From assembly GCA_964057225.1 (NCBI GenBank), contig OZ059897.1, positions 1,550,001 to 1,614,000 of the forward strand: DNA of 64,000 bases. Reading direction: 5' to 3'. The DNA is from Auanema rhodensis. Taxonomy: Eukaryota; Animalia; Nematoda. Every line of letters begins with the position of its first letter. Positions within the stretch are counted from its first letter, which is position 1. The notes beneath the pieces were generated by a model. It had not been told where the DNA came from. It searched no databases and saw nothing but the letters and a program-made list of their open reading frames with translations. Positions 44,001 to 59,260 of this stretch are shown piece by piece. The translations under genes were made by a program, and so were the position numbers.

Positions 44001-47000
44001 ATTGTCCATCGTCTTCGCCTTGAAAAAAGGAATTTAAAAACATCTACTTTTCGTGAAATTATTTTGAAATTTTTCAGGAAAATTTTTGTCAAAATGTTTT
44101 TGGAACCAATGTTGAGTGTACATGGAAACTCAACATATACTAATGCATAATTTTTTAAACAATCATAACTAATTTTTGTATTGAGCGTTTCTTAATGTAT
44201 TATAGTGCATTCGATACGGATTTTTAAGCTGCTTCGATCTGTGTTATCAGATTTGAGTTAGCTTAAAAATGCACCGAGATATCAACTGATATAAGTTCAC
44301 ACTTATATCCTCGATTTTCACCCTGAAGAATTAATTTTTTCGTTGAATAACATTGTCCATCGTCTTCGCCTTGAAAAAAGAAATCTAAAAACATCTACTT
44401 TTGGTGAAATTATTTTGAAATTTTTCAGGAAAATTTTTGTCAAAATGTTTTTGGAATCAATGTTGAGTGTACATGGAAACTCAACATACACTAATGCATC
44501 ATTTTTCAAACGATCATAACTAATTTTTGTATTGAGCGTTTTTTAATGTATTATAGTGCATTCGATACGGATTTTTAAGCTGCTTCGATCTGTGTTATCA
44601 GATTTGCGCTAGCAAAGAAATGCACCGAGATATCAACTGATATAAGTTCACACTTATATCCTCGATTTTCACCCTGAAGAATTAATTTTTTCGTTGAATA
44701 ACATTGTCCATCGTCTTCGCCTTGAAAAAAGGAATTTAAAAACATCTACTTTTCGTAAAATTATCTTGAAATTTTTCAGGAAAATTTTTGTCAAAATGTT
44801 TTTGGAAGCAATGTTGAGTGTACATGGAAACTCAACATATACTAATGCATAATTTTTTAAACAATCATAACTAATTTTTGTATTGAGCGTTTCTTAATGT
44901 ACTATAGTGCATTCGATGCGGATTTTTAAGCTGCGTCGATCTGTGTTATCAGATTTGAGTTAGCTTAAAAATGCACCGAGATATCAACTGATATAAGTTC
45001 ACACTTATATCCTCGATTTTCACCCTGAAGAATTAATTTTTTCGTTGAATAACATTGTCCATCGTCTTCGCTTTGAAAAAAGAAATCTAAAAACATCTAC
45101 TTTTCGTGAAATTATTTTGAAATTTTTCAGGAAAATTTTTGTCAAAATGTTTTTGGAATCAATGTTGAGTGTACATGGAAACTCAACATACACTAATGCA
45201 TAATTTTTTAAACGATCATAACTAATTTTTGTATTGAGCGTTTCTTAATGTATTATAGTGCATTCGATGCGGATTTTTAAGCTGCGTCGATCTGTGTTAT
45301 CAGATTTGCGCTAGCAAAGAAATGCACCGAGATATCAACTGATATAAGTTCACACTTATATCCTCGATTTTCACCCTGAAGAATTAATTTTTTCGTTGAA
45401 TAACATTGTCCATCGTCTTCGCCTTGAAAAAAGGAATTTAAAAACATCTACTTTTCGTGAAATTATTTCGAAATTTTTCAGGAAAATTTTTGTCAAAATG
45501 TTTTTGGAATCAATGTTGAGTGTACATGGAAACGCAACATACACTAATGCATCATTTTTCAAACGATCATAACTAATTTTTGTATTGAGCGTTTCTTAAT
45601 GTATTATAGTGCATTCGATGCGGATTTTTAAGCTGCGTCGATCTGTGTTATCAGATTTGAGTTAGCTTAAAAATGCACCGAGATATCAACTGATATAAGT
45701 TCACACTTATATCCTCGATTTTCACCCTGAAGAATTAATTTTCTCGTTGATTAACATTGTCCATCGTCTTTGCCTTGAAAAAAGGAATCTAAAAACATCT
45801 ACTTTTCGTAAAATTATCTTGAAATTTCTCAGGAAAATTTTTGTCAAAATGTTTTTGGAAGCAATGTTGAGTGTACATGGAAACTCAACATACACTAATG
45901 CATAATTTTTTAAACAATCATAACTAATTTTTGTATTGAGCGTTTCTTAATGTATTATAGTGCATTCGATGCGGATTTTTAAGCTGCGTCGATCTGTGTT
46001 ATCAGATTTGAGTTAGCTTAAAAATGCACCGAGATATCAACTGATATAAGTTCACACTTATATCCTCGATTTTCACCCTGAAGAATTAATTTTCTCGTTG
46101 ATTAACATTGTCCATCGTCTTTGCCTTGAAAAAAGGAATCTAAAAACATCTACTTTTCGTAAAATTATCTTGAAATTTCTCAGGAAAATTTTTGTCAAAA
46201 TGTTTTTAGAAGCAATGTTGAGTGTACATGGAAACTCAACATACACTAATGCATAATTTTTTAAACAATCATAACTAATTTTTGTATTGAGCGTTTCTTA
46301 ATGTATTATAGTGCATTCGATGCGGATTTTTAAGCTGCGTCGATCTGTGTTATCAGATTTGAGTTAGCTTAAAAATGCACCGAGATATCAACTGATATAA
46401 GTTCACACTTATATCCTCGATTTTCACCCTGAAGAATTAATTTTTTCGTTGAATAACATTGTCCATCGTCTTCGCCTTAAAAAAAGGAATCTAAAAACAT
46501 CTAGTTTTTGTAAAATTATCCTGAAATTTTTCGGGAAAATTTTTGTCAAAATGTTTTTGGAAGCAATGTTGAGTGTACATGGAAACTCAACATACACTAA
46601 TGCATAATTTTTTAAACGATCATAACTAATTCTTGTATTGAGCGTTTCTTAATGTATTATAGTGCATTCGATGCGGATTTTTAAGCTGCTTCGATCTGTG
46701 TTATCAGATTTGCGCTAGCAAAGAAATGCACCGAGATATCAACTGATATAAGTTCACACTTATATCCTCGATTTTCACCCTGAAGAATTAATTTTTTCGT
46801 TGAATAACATTGTCCATCGTCTTCGCCTTGAAAAAAGGAATTTAAAAACATCTACTTTTCGTGAAATTATTTTGAAATTTTTCAGGAAAATTTTTGTCAA
46901 AATGTTTTTGGAATCAATGTTGAGTGTACATGGAAACTCAACATACACTAATGCATAATTTTTTAAACGATCATAACTAATTCTTGTATTGAGCGTTTCT

Positions 47001-47425
47001 TAATGTATTATCGTGCATTCGAAACGGATTTTTAAGCTGCGTCGATCTGTGTTATCAGATTTGCGCTAGCTTAAAAATGCACCGAGATATCAACTGATAT
47101 AAGTTCACACTTATATCCTCGATTTTCACCCTGAAGAATTAATTTTTTCGTTGATTAACATTGTACATCGTCTTTGCCTTGAAAAAAGGAATCTAAAAAC
47201 ATCTACTTTTTGTGAGATTATTTTGAAATTTTTTGGCAAAATTTTTGTCAAAATGTTTTTGAAAGCAATGTTGAGTGTACATGGAAACTCAACATACACT
47301 AATGCAACATTTTTCAAACGATCATAACTAATTTTTGTATTGAGCGTTTCTGAATGTATTATAGTGCATTCGATGCGGATTTTTAAGCTGCTTCGATCTG
47401 TGTTATCAGATTTGCGCTAGCTTAA

Positions 47426-50400
47426 AAATGCACCGAGATATCAACTGATATAAGTTCACACTTATATCCTCGATTTTCACCCTGAAGAATTAATTTTCTC
47501 GTTGATTAACATTGTCCATCGTCTTTGCCTTGAAAAAAGGAATCTAAAAACATCTACTTTTTGTAAAATTATCTTGAAATTTCTCAGGAAAATTTTTGTC
47601 AAAATGTTTTTGGAAGCAATGTTGAGTGTACATGGAAACTCAACATACACTAATGCATAATTTTTTAAACAATCATAACTAATTTTTGTATTGGGCGTTT
47701 CTTAATGTATTATAGTGCATTCGATGCGGATTTTTAAGCTGCGTCGATCTGTGTTATCAGATTTGAGTTAGCTTAAAAATGCACCGAGATATCAACTGAT
47801 ATAAGTTCACACTTATATCCTCGATTTTCACCCTGAAGAATTAATTTTTTCGTTGAATAACATTGTCCATCGTCTTCGCCTTGAAAAAAGAAATCTAAAA
47901 ACATCTACTTTTGGTAAAATTATTTTGAAATTTTTCAGGAAAATTTTTGTCAAAATGTTTTTGGAATCAATGTTGAGTGTACATGGAAACTCAACATACA
48001 CTAATGCATAATTTTTTAAACGATCATAACTAATTTTTGTATTGAGCGTTTCTTAATGTATTATAGTGCATTCGATGCGGATTTTTAAGCTGCGTCGATC
48101 TGTGTTATCAGATTTGCGCTAGCTTAGAAATGCACCGAGATATCAACTGATATAAGTTCACACTTATATCCTCGATTTTCACCCTGAAGAATTAATTTTT
48201 TCGTTGAATAACATTGTCCATCGTCTTCGCCTTGAAAAAAGGAATTTAAAAACATCTACTTTTCGTGAAATTATTTTGAAATTTTTCGGGAAAATTTTTG
48301 TCAAAATGTTTTTGGAAGCAATGTTGAGCGTACATGGAAACTCAACATACACTAATGCATCATTTTTCAAACGATCATAACTAATTTTTGTATTGAGCGT
48401 TTCTTAATGTATTATAGTGCATTCGATACGGATTTTTAAGCCGCGTCGATCTGTGTTATCATATTTGCGCTAGCTTGAAAATGCACCGAGATATCAACTG
48501 ATATAAGTTCACACTTATATCCTCGATTTTCACCCTGAAGAATTAATTTTTTCGTTGAATAACATTGTCCATCGTCTTCGCCTTAAAAAAAGGAATTTAA
48601 AAACATCTAGTTTTTGTAAAATTATCCTGGAATTTTTCGGGAAAATTTTTGTCAAAATGTTTTTGGAAGCAATGTTGAGTGTACATGGAAAATCAACATA
48701 CACTAATGCATCTTTTTTCAAACGATCATAACTAAATTTTGTATTGAGCGTTTCTGAATGAATTATAGTGCATTCGATGCGGATTTTTAAGCTGCGTCGA
48801 TCTGTGTTATCAGATTTGCGCTAGCTTAGAAATGCACCGAGATATCAACTGATATAAGTTCACACTTATATCCTCGATTTTCACCCTGAAGAATTAATTT
48901 TTTCGTTGAATAACATTGTCCATCGTCTTCGCCTTAAAAAAAGGAATTTAAAAACATCTAGTTTTTGTAAAATTATCCTGGAATTTTTCGGGAAAATTTT
49001 TGTCGAAATGTTTTTGGAAGCAATGTTGAGTGTACATGGAAACTCAACATACACTAATGCATCTTTTTTCAAACGATCATAACTAAATTCTGTATTGAGC
49101 GTTTCTTAATGTATTATAGTGCATTCGATGCGGATTTTTAAGCTGCTTCGATCTGTGTTATCAGATTTGCGCTAGCTTAAAAATGCACCGAGATATCAAC
49201 TGATATAAGTTCACACTTATATCCTCGATTTTCACCCTGAAGAATTAATTTTTTCGTTGAATAACATTGTCCATCGTCTTCGCCTTGAAAAAAAAAATCT
49301 AAAAACATCTACTTTTCGTAAAATTATCTTGAAATTTTTCAGGAAAATTTTTGTCAAAATGTTTTTGGAAGCAATGTTGAGTGTACATGGAAACTCAACA
49401 TACACTAATGCATCATTTTTCAAACGATCATAACTAATTTTTGTATTGAGCGTTTCTGAATGTATTATAGTGCATTCGATGCGGATTTTTAAGCTGCTTC
49501 GATCTGCGTTATCAGATTTGCGCTAGCTTAAAAATGCACCGAGATATCAACTGATATAAGTTCACACTTATATCCTCGATTTTCACCCTGAAGAATTAAT
49601 TTTTTCGTTGAATAACATTGTCCATCGTCTTCGCCTTGAAAAAAGGAATTTAAAAACATCTACTTTTCGTGAAATTATTTTGAAAATTTTCGGGAAAATT
49701 TTTGTCAAAATGTTTTTGGAAGCAATGTTGAGTGTACATGGAAACTCAACATACACTAATGCATCTTTTTTCAAACGATCATAACTAAATTTTGTATTGA
49801 GCGTTTCTGAATGTATTATAGTGCATTCGATGCGGATTTTTAAGCTGCGTCGATCTGTGTTATCATATTTGCGCTAGCTTGAAAATGCACCGAGATATCA
49901 ACTGATATAAGTTCACACTTATATCCTCGATTTTCACCCTGAAGAATTAATTTTTTCGTTGAATAACATTGTCCATCGTCTTCGCCTTAAAAAAAGGAAT
50001 TTAAAAACATCTAGTTTTTGTAAAATTATCCTGGAATTTTTCGGGAAAATTTTTGTCAAAATGTTTTTGGAAGCAATGTTGAGTGTACATGGAAACTCAA
50101 CATACACTAATGCATCTTTTTTCAAACGATCATAACTAAATTTTGTATTGAGCGTTTCTGAATGTATTATAGTGCATTCGATGCGGATTTTTAAGCTGCG
50201 TCGATCTGTGTTATCAGATTTGCGCTAGCTTAGAAATGCACCGAGATATCAACTGATATAAGTTCACACTTATATCCTCGATTTTCACCCTGAAGAATTA
50301 ATTTTTTCGTTGAATAACATTGTCCATCGTCTTCGCCTTAAAAAAAGGAATTTAAAAACATCTAGTTTTTGTAAAATTATCCTGGAATTTTTCGGGAAAA

Positions 50401-53400
50401 TTTTTGTCAAAATGTTTTTGGAAGCAATGTTGAGTGTACATGGAAACTCAACATACACTAATGCATCTTTTTTCAAACGATCATAACTAAATTTTGTATT
50501 GAGCGTTTCTGAATGTATTATAGTGCATTCGATGCGGATTTTTAAGCTGCGTCGATCTGTGTTATCAGATTTGCGCTAGCTTAGAAATGCACCGAGATAT
50601 CAACTGATATAAGTTCACACTTATATCCTCGATTTTCACCCTGAAGAATTAATTTTCTCGTTGATTAACATTGTCCATCGTCTTTGCCTTGAAAAAAGGA
50701 ATCTAAAAACATCTACTTTTTGTAAAATTATCTTGAAATTTCTCAGGAAAATTTTTGTCAAAATGTTTTTGGAAGCAATGTTGAGTGTACATGGAAACTC
50801 AACATACACTAATGCATAATTTTTTAAACAATCATAACTAATTTTTGTATTGGGCGTTTCTTAATGTATTATAGTGCATTCGATGCGGATTTTTAAGCTG
50901 CGTCGATCTGTGTTATCAGATTTGAGTTAGCTTAAAAATGCACCGAGATATCAACTGATATAAGTTCACACTTATATCCTCGATTTTCACCCTGAAGAAT
51001 TAATTTTTTCGTTGAATAACATTGTCCATCGTCTTCGCCTTGAAAAAAGAAATCTAAAAACATCTACTTTTGGTAAAATTATTTTGAAATTTTTCAGGAA
51101 AATTTTTGTCAAAATGTTTTTGGAATCAATGTTGAGTGTACATGGAAACTCAACATACACTAATGCATAATTTTTTAAACGATCATAACTAATTTTTGTA
51201 TTGAGCGTTTCTTAATGTATTATAGTGCATTCGATGCGGATTTTTAAGCTGCGTCGATCTGTGTTATCAGATTTGCGCTAGCTTAGAAATGCACCGAGAT
51301 ATCAACTGATATAAGTTCACACTTATATCCTCGATTTTCACCCTGAAGAATTAATTTTTTCGTTGAATAACATTGTCCATCGTCTTCGCCTTGAAAAAAG
51401 GAATTTAAAAACATCTACTTTTCGTGAAATTATTTTGAAATTTTTCGGGAAAATTTTTGTCAAAATGTTTTTGGAAGCAATGTTGAGCGTACATGGAAAC
51501 TCAACATACACTAATGCATCATTTTTCAAACGATCATAACTAATTTTTGTATTGAGCGTTTCTTAATGTATTATAGTGCATTCGATACGGATTTTTAAGC
51601 TGCGTCGATCTGTGTTATCATATTTGCGCTAGCTTGAAAATGCACCGAGATATCAACTGATATAAGTTCACACTTATATCCTCGATTTTCACCCTGAAGA
51701 ATTAATTTTTTCGTTGAATAACATTGTCCATCGTCTTCGCCTTAAAAAAAGGAATTTAAAAACATCTAGTTTTTGTAAAATTATCCTGGAATTTTTCGGG
51801 AAAATTTTTGTCAAAATGTTTTTGGAAGCAATGTTGAGTGTACATGGAAACTCAACATACACTAATGCATCTTTTTTCAAACGATCATAACTAAATTTTG
51901 TATTGAGCGTTTCTGAATGAATTATAGTGCATTCGATGCGGATTTTTAAGCTGCGTCGATCTGTGTTATCAGATTTGCGCTAGCTTAGAAATGCACCGAG
52001 ATATCAACTGATATAAGTTCACACTTATATCCTCGATTTTCACCCTGAAGAATTAATTTTTTCGTTGAATAACATTGTCCATCGTCTTCGCCTTAAAAAA
52101 AGGAATTTAAAAACATCTAGTTTTTGTAAAATTATCCTGGAATTTTTCGGGAAAATTTTTGTCGAAATGTTTTTGGAAGCAATGTTGAGTGTACATGGAA
52201 ACTCAACATACACTAATGCATCTTTTTTCAAACGATCATAACTAAATTTTGTATTGAGCGTTTCTTAATGTATTATAGTGCATTCGATGCGGATTTTTAA
52301 GCTGCTTCGATCTGTGTTATCAGATTTGCGCTAGCTTAAAAATGCACCGAGATATCAACTGATATAAGTTCACACTTATATCCTCGATTTTCACCCTGAA
52401 GAATTAATTTTTTCGTTGAATAACATTGTCCATCGTCTTCGCCTTGAAAAAAAAAATCTAAAAACATCTACTTTTCGTAAAATTATCTTGAAATTTTTCA
52501 GGAAAATTTTTGTCAAAATGTTTTTGGAAGCAATGTTGAGTGTACATGGAAACTCAACATACACTAATGCATCATTTTTCAAACGATCATAACTAATTTT
52601 TGTATTGAGCGTTTCTGAATGTATTATAGTGCATTCGATGCGGATTTTTAAGCTGCTTCGATCTGCGTTATCAGATTTGCGCTAGCTTAAAAATGCACCG
52701 AGATATCAACTGATATAAGTTCACACTTATATCCTCGATTTTCACCCTGAAGAATTAATTTTTTCGTTGAATAACATTGTCCATCGTCTTCGCCTTGAAA
52801 AAAGGAATTTAAAAACATCTACTTTTCGTGAAATTATTTTGAAAATTTTCGGGAAAATTTTTGTCAAAATGTTTTTGGAAGCAATGTTGAGTGTACATGG
52901 AAACTCAACATACACTAATGCATCTTTTTTCAAACGATCATAACTAAATTTTGTATTGAGCGTTTCTGAATGTATTATAGTGCATTCGATGCGGATTTTT
53001 AAGCTGCGTCGATCTGTGTTATCATATTTGCGCTAGCTTGAAAATGCACCGAGATATCAACTGATATAAGTTCACACTTATATCCTCGATTTTCACCCTG
53101 AAGAATTAATTTTTTCGTTGAATAACATTGTCCATCGTCTTCGCCTTAAAAAAAGGAATTTAAAAACATCTAGTTTTTGTAAAATTATCCTGGAATTTTT
53201 CGGGAAAATTTTTGTCAAAATGTTTTTGGAAGCAATGTTGAGTGTACATGGAAACTCAACATACACTAATGCATCTTTTTTCAAACGATCATAACTAAAT
53301 TTTGTATTGAGCGTTTCTGAATGTATTATAGTGCATTCGATGCGGATTTTTAAGCTGCGTCGATCTGTGTTATCAGATTTGCGCTAGCTTAGAAATGCAC

Positions 53401-53669
53401 CGAGATATCAACTGATATAAGTTCACACTTATATCCTCGATTTTCACCCTGAAGAATTAATTTTTTCGTTGAATAACATTGTCCATCGTCTTCGCCTTAA
53501 AAAAAGGAATTTAAAAACATCTAGTTTTTGTAAAATTATCCTGGAATTTTTCGGGAAAATTTTTGTCAAAATGTTTTTGGAAGCAATGTTGAGTGTACAT
53601 GGAAACTCAACATACACTAATGCATCTTTTTTCAAACGATCATAACTAAATTTTGTATTGAGCGTTTCT
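47426..53669. repeat. Tandem duplication of a 9-monomer (3159-bp) higher-order unit of satellite A
   Basis: ORF variants 48179-50285 repeat at 51338-53444 with offset 3159. Shared rare markers are ttgggcg (~47691/50850), gtcgaaatg (~49002/52161) and aatgaatt (~48757/51916). Confidence 0.9.
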
Positions 53670-56600
53670 TAATGTATTATAGTGCATTCGATGCGGATTT
53701 TTAAGCTGCTTCGATCTGTGTTATCAGATTTGCGCTAGCTTAAAAATGCACCGAGATATCAACTGATATAAGTTCACACTTATATCCTCGATTTTCACCC
53801 TGAAGAATTAATTTTTTCGTTGAATAACATTGTCCATCGTCTTCGCCTTGAAAAAAAAAATCTAAAAACATCTACTTTTCGTAAAATTATCTTGAAATTT
53901 TTCAGGAAAATTTTTGTCAAAATGTTTTTGGAAGCAATGTTGAGTGTACATGGAAACTCAACATACACTAATGCATCATTTTTCAAACGATCATAACTAA
54001 TTTTTGTATTGAGCGTTTCTGAATGTATTATAGTGCATTCGATGCGGATTTTTAAGCTGCTTCGATCTGCGTTATCAGATTTGCGCTAGCTTAAAAATGC
54101 ACCGAGATATCAACTGATATAAGTTCACACTTATATCCTCGATTTTCACCCTGAAGAATTAATTTTTTCGTTGAATAACATTGTCCATCGTCTTCGCCTT
54201 GAAAAAAGGAATTTAAAAACATCTACTTTTCGTGAAATTATTTTGAAAATTTTCGGGAAAATTTTTGTCAAAATGTTTTTGGAAGCAATGTTGAGCGTAC
54301 ATGGAAACTCAACATACACTAATGCATCATTTTTCAAACGATCATAACTAATTTTTGTATTGAGCGTTTCTTAATGTATTATAGTGCATTCGATGCGGAT
54401 TTTTAAGCTGCTTCGATCTGTGTTATCAGATTTGCGCTAGCTTAAAAATGCACCGAGATATCAACTGATATAAGTTCACACTTATATCCTCGATTTTCAC
54501 CCTGAAGAATTAATTTTTTCGTTGAATAACATTGTCCATCGTCTTCGCCTTGAAAAAAGAAATCTAAAAACATCTACTTTTGGTAAAATTATTTTGAAAT
54601 TTTTCAGGAAAATTTTTGTCAAAATGTTTTTGGAAGCAATGTTGAGTGTACATGGAAACTCAACATACACTAATGCATAATTTTTTAAACAATCATAACT
54701 AATTTTTGTATTGAGCGTTTCTTAATGTATTATAGTGCATTCGATGCGGATTTTTAAGCTGCGTCGATCTGTGTTATCAGATTTGAGTTAGCTTAAAAAT
54801 GCACCGAGATATCAACTGATATAAGTTCACACTTATATCCTCGATTTTCACCCTGAAGAATTAATTTTTTTGTTGAATAACATTGTCCATCGTCTTCGCC
54901 TTAAAAAAAGGAATCTAAAAACATCTAGTTTTTGTAAAATTATCCTGAAATTTTTCGGGAAAATTTTTGTCAAAATGTTTTTGGAAGCAATGTTGAGTGT
55001 ACATGGAAACTCAACATACACTAATGCATCTTTTTTCAAACAATCATAAATACTTTTGTATTGAGCGTTTCTCAATGTAGTATAGTGCATTCGAAACGGA
55101 TTTTTAAGCTGCGTCGATCTGTGTTATCAGATTTGCGCTAGCTTAAAAATGCACCGAGATATCAACTGATATAAGTTCACACTTATATCCTGGATTTTCA
55201 CCCTGAAGAATTAATTTTTTCGTTGAATAACATTGTCCATCGTCTTCGCCTTGAAAAAAAAAATCTAAAAACATCTACTTTTCGTAAAATTATCTTGAAA
55301 TTTTTCAGGAAAATTTTTGTCAAAATGTTTTTGAAAGCAATGTTGAGTGTACATGGAAACTCAACATACACTAATGCATCATTTTTCAAACGATCATAAC
55401 TAATTTTTGTATTGAGCGTTTCTTAATGTATTATAGTGCATTCGATTCGGATTTTTAAGCTGCTTCGATCTGTGTTATCAGATTTGCGCTAGCTTAGAAA
55501 TGCACCGAGATATCAACTGATATAAGTTCACACTTATATCCTCGATTTTCACCCTGAAGAATTAATTTTTTCGTTGAATAACATTGTCCATCGTCTTTGC
55601 CTTGAAAAAAAGAATTTAAAAACATCTACTTTTTGTGAAATTATTTTGAAACTTTTCGGGAAAATTTTTGTCAAAATGTTTTTGGAAGCAATGTTGAGTG
55701 TACATGGAAACTCAACATACACTAATGCATCATTTTTTAAACAATCATAACTAATTTTTGTATTGAGCGTTTCTTAATGTATTATAGTGCATTCGATGCG
55801 GATTTTTAAGCTGCTTCGATCTGTGTTATCAGATTTGCGCTAGCTTAGAAATGCACCGAGATATCAACTGATATAAGTTCACACTTATATCCTCGATTTT
55901 CACCCTGAAGAATTAATTTTTTCGTTGAATAACATTGTCCATCGTCTTCGCCTTGAAAAAAGGAATTTCAAAACATCTACTATTTGTGAAATTATTTTGA
56001 AATTTTTCGGGAAAATTTTTGTCAAAATGTTTTTGGAAGCAATGTTGAGTGTACATGGAAACTCAACATACACTAATGCATCATTTTTCAAACGATCATA
56101 ACTAATTTTTGTATTGAGCGTTTCTGAATGTATTATAGTGCATTCGATGCGGATTTTTAAGCTGCTTCGATCTGTGTTATCAGATTTGCGCTAGCTTAAA
56201 AATGCACCGAGATATCAACTGATATAAGTTCACACTTATATCCTCGATTTTCACCCTGAAGAATTAATTTTTTCGTTGAATAACATTGTCCATCGTCTTC
56301 GCCTTGAAAAAAGAAATCTAAAAACATCTACTTTTGGTAAAATTATTTTGAAATTTTTCAGGAAAATTTTTGTCAAAATGTTTTTGGAATCAATGTTGAG
56401 TGTACATGGAAACTCAACATACACTAATGCATAATTTTTTAAACGATCATAACTAATTTTTGTATTGACCGTTTCTTAATGTATTATAGTGCATTCGATG
56501 CGGATTTTTAAGCTGCGTCGATCTGTGTTATCAGATTTGCGCTAGCTTAGAAATGCACCGAGATATCAACTGATATAAGTTCACACTTATATCCTCGATT

Positions 56601-59260
56601 TTCACCCTGAAGAATTAATTTTTTCGTTGAATAACATTGTCCATCGTCTTCGCCTTGAAAAAAAGAATTTAAAAACATCTACTTTTTGTGAAATTATTTT
56701 GAAATTTTTCGGGAAAATTTTTGTCAAAATGTTTTTGGAAGCAATGTTGAGTGTACATGGAAACTCAACATACACTAATGCATCATTTTTTAAACAATCA
56801 TAACTAATTTTTGTATTGAGCGTTTCTTAATGTATTATAGTGCATTCGATGAGGATTTTTAAGCTGCTTCGATCTGTGTTATCAGATTTGCGCTAGCTTA
56901 GAAATGCACCGAGATATCAACTGATATAAGTTCACACTTATATCCTCGATTTTCACCCTGAAGAATTAATTTTTTCGTTGAATAACATTGTCCATCGTCT
57001 TCGCCTTGAAAAAAGGAATTTCAAAACATCTACTATTTGTGAAATTATTTTGAAATTTTTCGGGAAAATTTTTGTCAAAATGTTTTTGGAAGCAATGTTG
57101 AGTGTACATGGAAACTCAACATACACTAATGCATCATTTTTCAAACGATCATAACTAATTTTTGTATTGAGCGTTTCTGAATGTATTATAGTGCATTCGA
57201 TGCGGATTTTTAAGCTGCTTCGATCTGTGTTATCAGATTTGCGCTAGCTTAAAAATGCACCGAGATATCAACTGATATAAGTTCACACTTATATCCTCGA
57301 TTTTCACCCTGAAGAATTAATTTTTTCGTTGAATAACATTGTCCATCGTCTTCGCCTTGAAAAAAGAAATCTAAAAACATCTACTTTTGGTAAAATTATT
57401 TTGAAATTTTTCAGGAAAATTTTTGTCAAAATGTTTTTGGAATCAATGTTGAGTGTACATGGAAACTCAACATACACTAATGCATAATTTTTTAAACGAT
57501 CATAACTAATTTTTGTATTGACCGTTTCTTAATGTATTATAGTGCATTCGATGCGGATTTTTAAGCTGCGTCGATCTGTGTTATCAGATTTGCGCTAGCT
57601 TAGAAATGCACCGAGATATCAACTGATATAAGTTCACACTTATATCCTCGATTTTCACCCTGAAGAATTAATTTTTTCGTTGAATAACATTGTCCATCGT
57701 CTTCGCCTTGAAAAAAGGAATTTAAAAACATCTACTTTTTGTGAAATTATTCTGAAATATTTCGGGAAAATTTTTGTCAAAATGTTTTTGGAAGCAATGT
57801 TGAGTGTACATGGAAACTCAACATACACTAATGCATCATTTTTCAAACGATCATAACTAATTTTTGTATTGAGCGTTTTTTAATGTATTATAGTGCATTC
57901 GATACGGATTTTTAAGCTGCTTCGATCTGTGTTATCAGATTTGCGCTAGCAAAGAAATGCACCGAGATATCAACTGATATAAGTTCACACTTATATCCTC
58001 GATTTTCACCCTGAAGAATTAATTTTTTCGTTGAATAACATTGTCCATCGTCTTCGCCTTGAAAAAAGAAATTCAAAAACATCTACTTTTCGTGAAATTA
58101 TTTTGAAATTTTTCGGGAAAATTTTTGTCAAAATGTTTTTGGAAGCAATGTTGAGCGTACATGGAAACTCAACATACACTAATGCATCATTTTTCAAACG
58201 ATCATAACTAATTTTTGTATTGAGCGTTTCTTAATGTATTATAGTGCATTCGATGCGGATTTTTAAGCTGCGTCGATCTGTGTTATCAGATTTGAGTTAG
58301 CTTAAAAATGCACCGAGATATCAACTGATATAAGTTCACACTTATATCCTCGATTTTCACCCTGAAGAATTAATTTTTTCGTTGAATAACATTGTCCATC
58401 GTCTTCGCCTTAAAAAAAGGAATCTAAAAACATCTAGTTTTTGTAAAAATATCCTGAAATTTTTCGGGAAAAATTTTGTCAAAATGTTTTTGGAAGCAAT
58501 GTTGAGTGTACATGGAAACTCAACATACACTAATGCATCTTTTTTCAAACAATCATAAATACTTTTGTATTGAGCGTTTCTCAATGTAGTATAGTGCTTT
58601 CGAAACGGATTTTTAAGCTGCGTCGATCTGTGTTATCAGATTTGCGCTAGCTTAAAAATGCACCGAGATATCAACTGATATAAGTTCACACTTATATCCT
58701 CGATTTTCACCCTGAAGAATTAATTTTTTCGTTGAATAACATTGTCCATCGTCTTTGCCTTAAAAAAAGAAATCTAAGAACATCTACTTTTTGTAAAATT
58801 ATCTTGAAATTTTTCAGGAAAATTTTTGTCAAAATGTTTTTGGAAGCAATGTTGAGTGTACATGGAAACTCAACATACACTAATGCATAATTTTTTAAAC
58901 AATCATAACTAATTTTTGTATTGAGCGTTTCTTAATGTATTATAGTGCATTCGATGCGGATTTTTAAGCTGCTTCGATCTGTGTTATCAGATTTGCGCTA
59001 GCTTAGAAATGCACCGAGATATCAACTGATATAAGTTCACACTTATATCCTCGATTTTCACCCTGAAGAATTAATTTTTTCGTTGAATAACATTGTCCAT
59101 CGTCTTCGCCTTGAAAAAAGGAATTTAAAAACATCTACTTTTCGTGAAATTATTTTGAAATTTTTCGGGAAAATTTTTTTCAAAATGTTTTTGGAAGCAA
59201 TGTTGAGCGTACATGGAAACTCAACATACACTAATGCATCATTTTTCAAACGATCATAAC

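Noticed and set aside
121-58584. About 70 near-identical 63-aa minus-strand ORFs (plus 75- and 80-aa variants) as a tandem gene family
   Set aside because: The 63-aa ORFs start at a TTG that exists only when one SNP is c (tttttcaaa versus ttttttaaa). The K/F/I/N-rich composition reflects A/T tracts, many variants are non-synonymous, and I recognise no domain. They are a satellite by-product.
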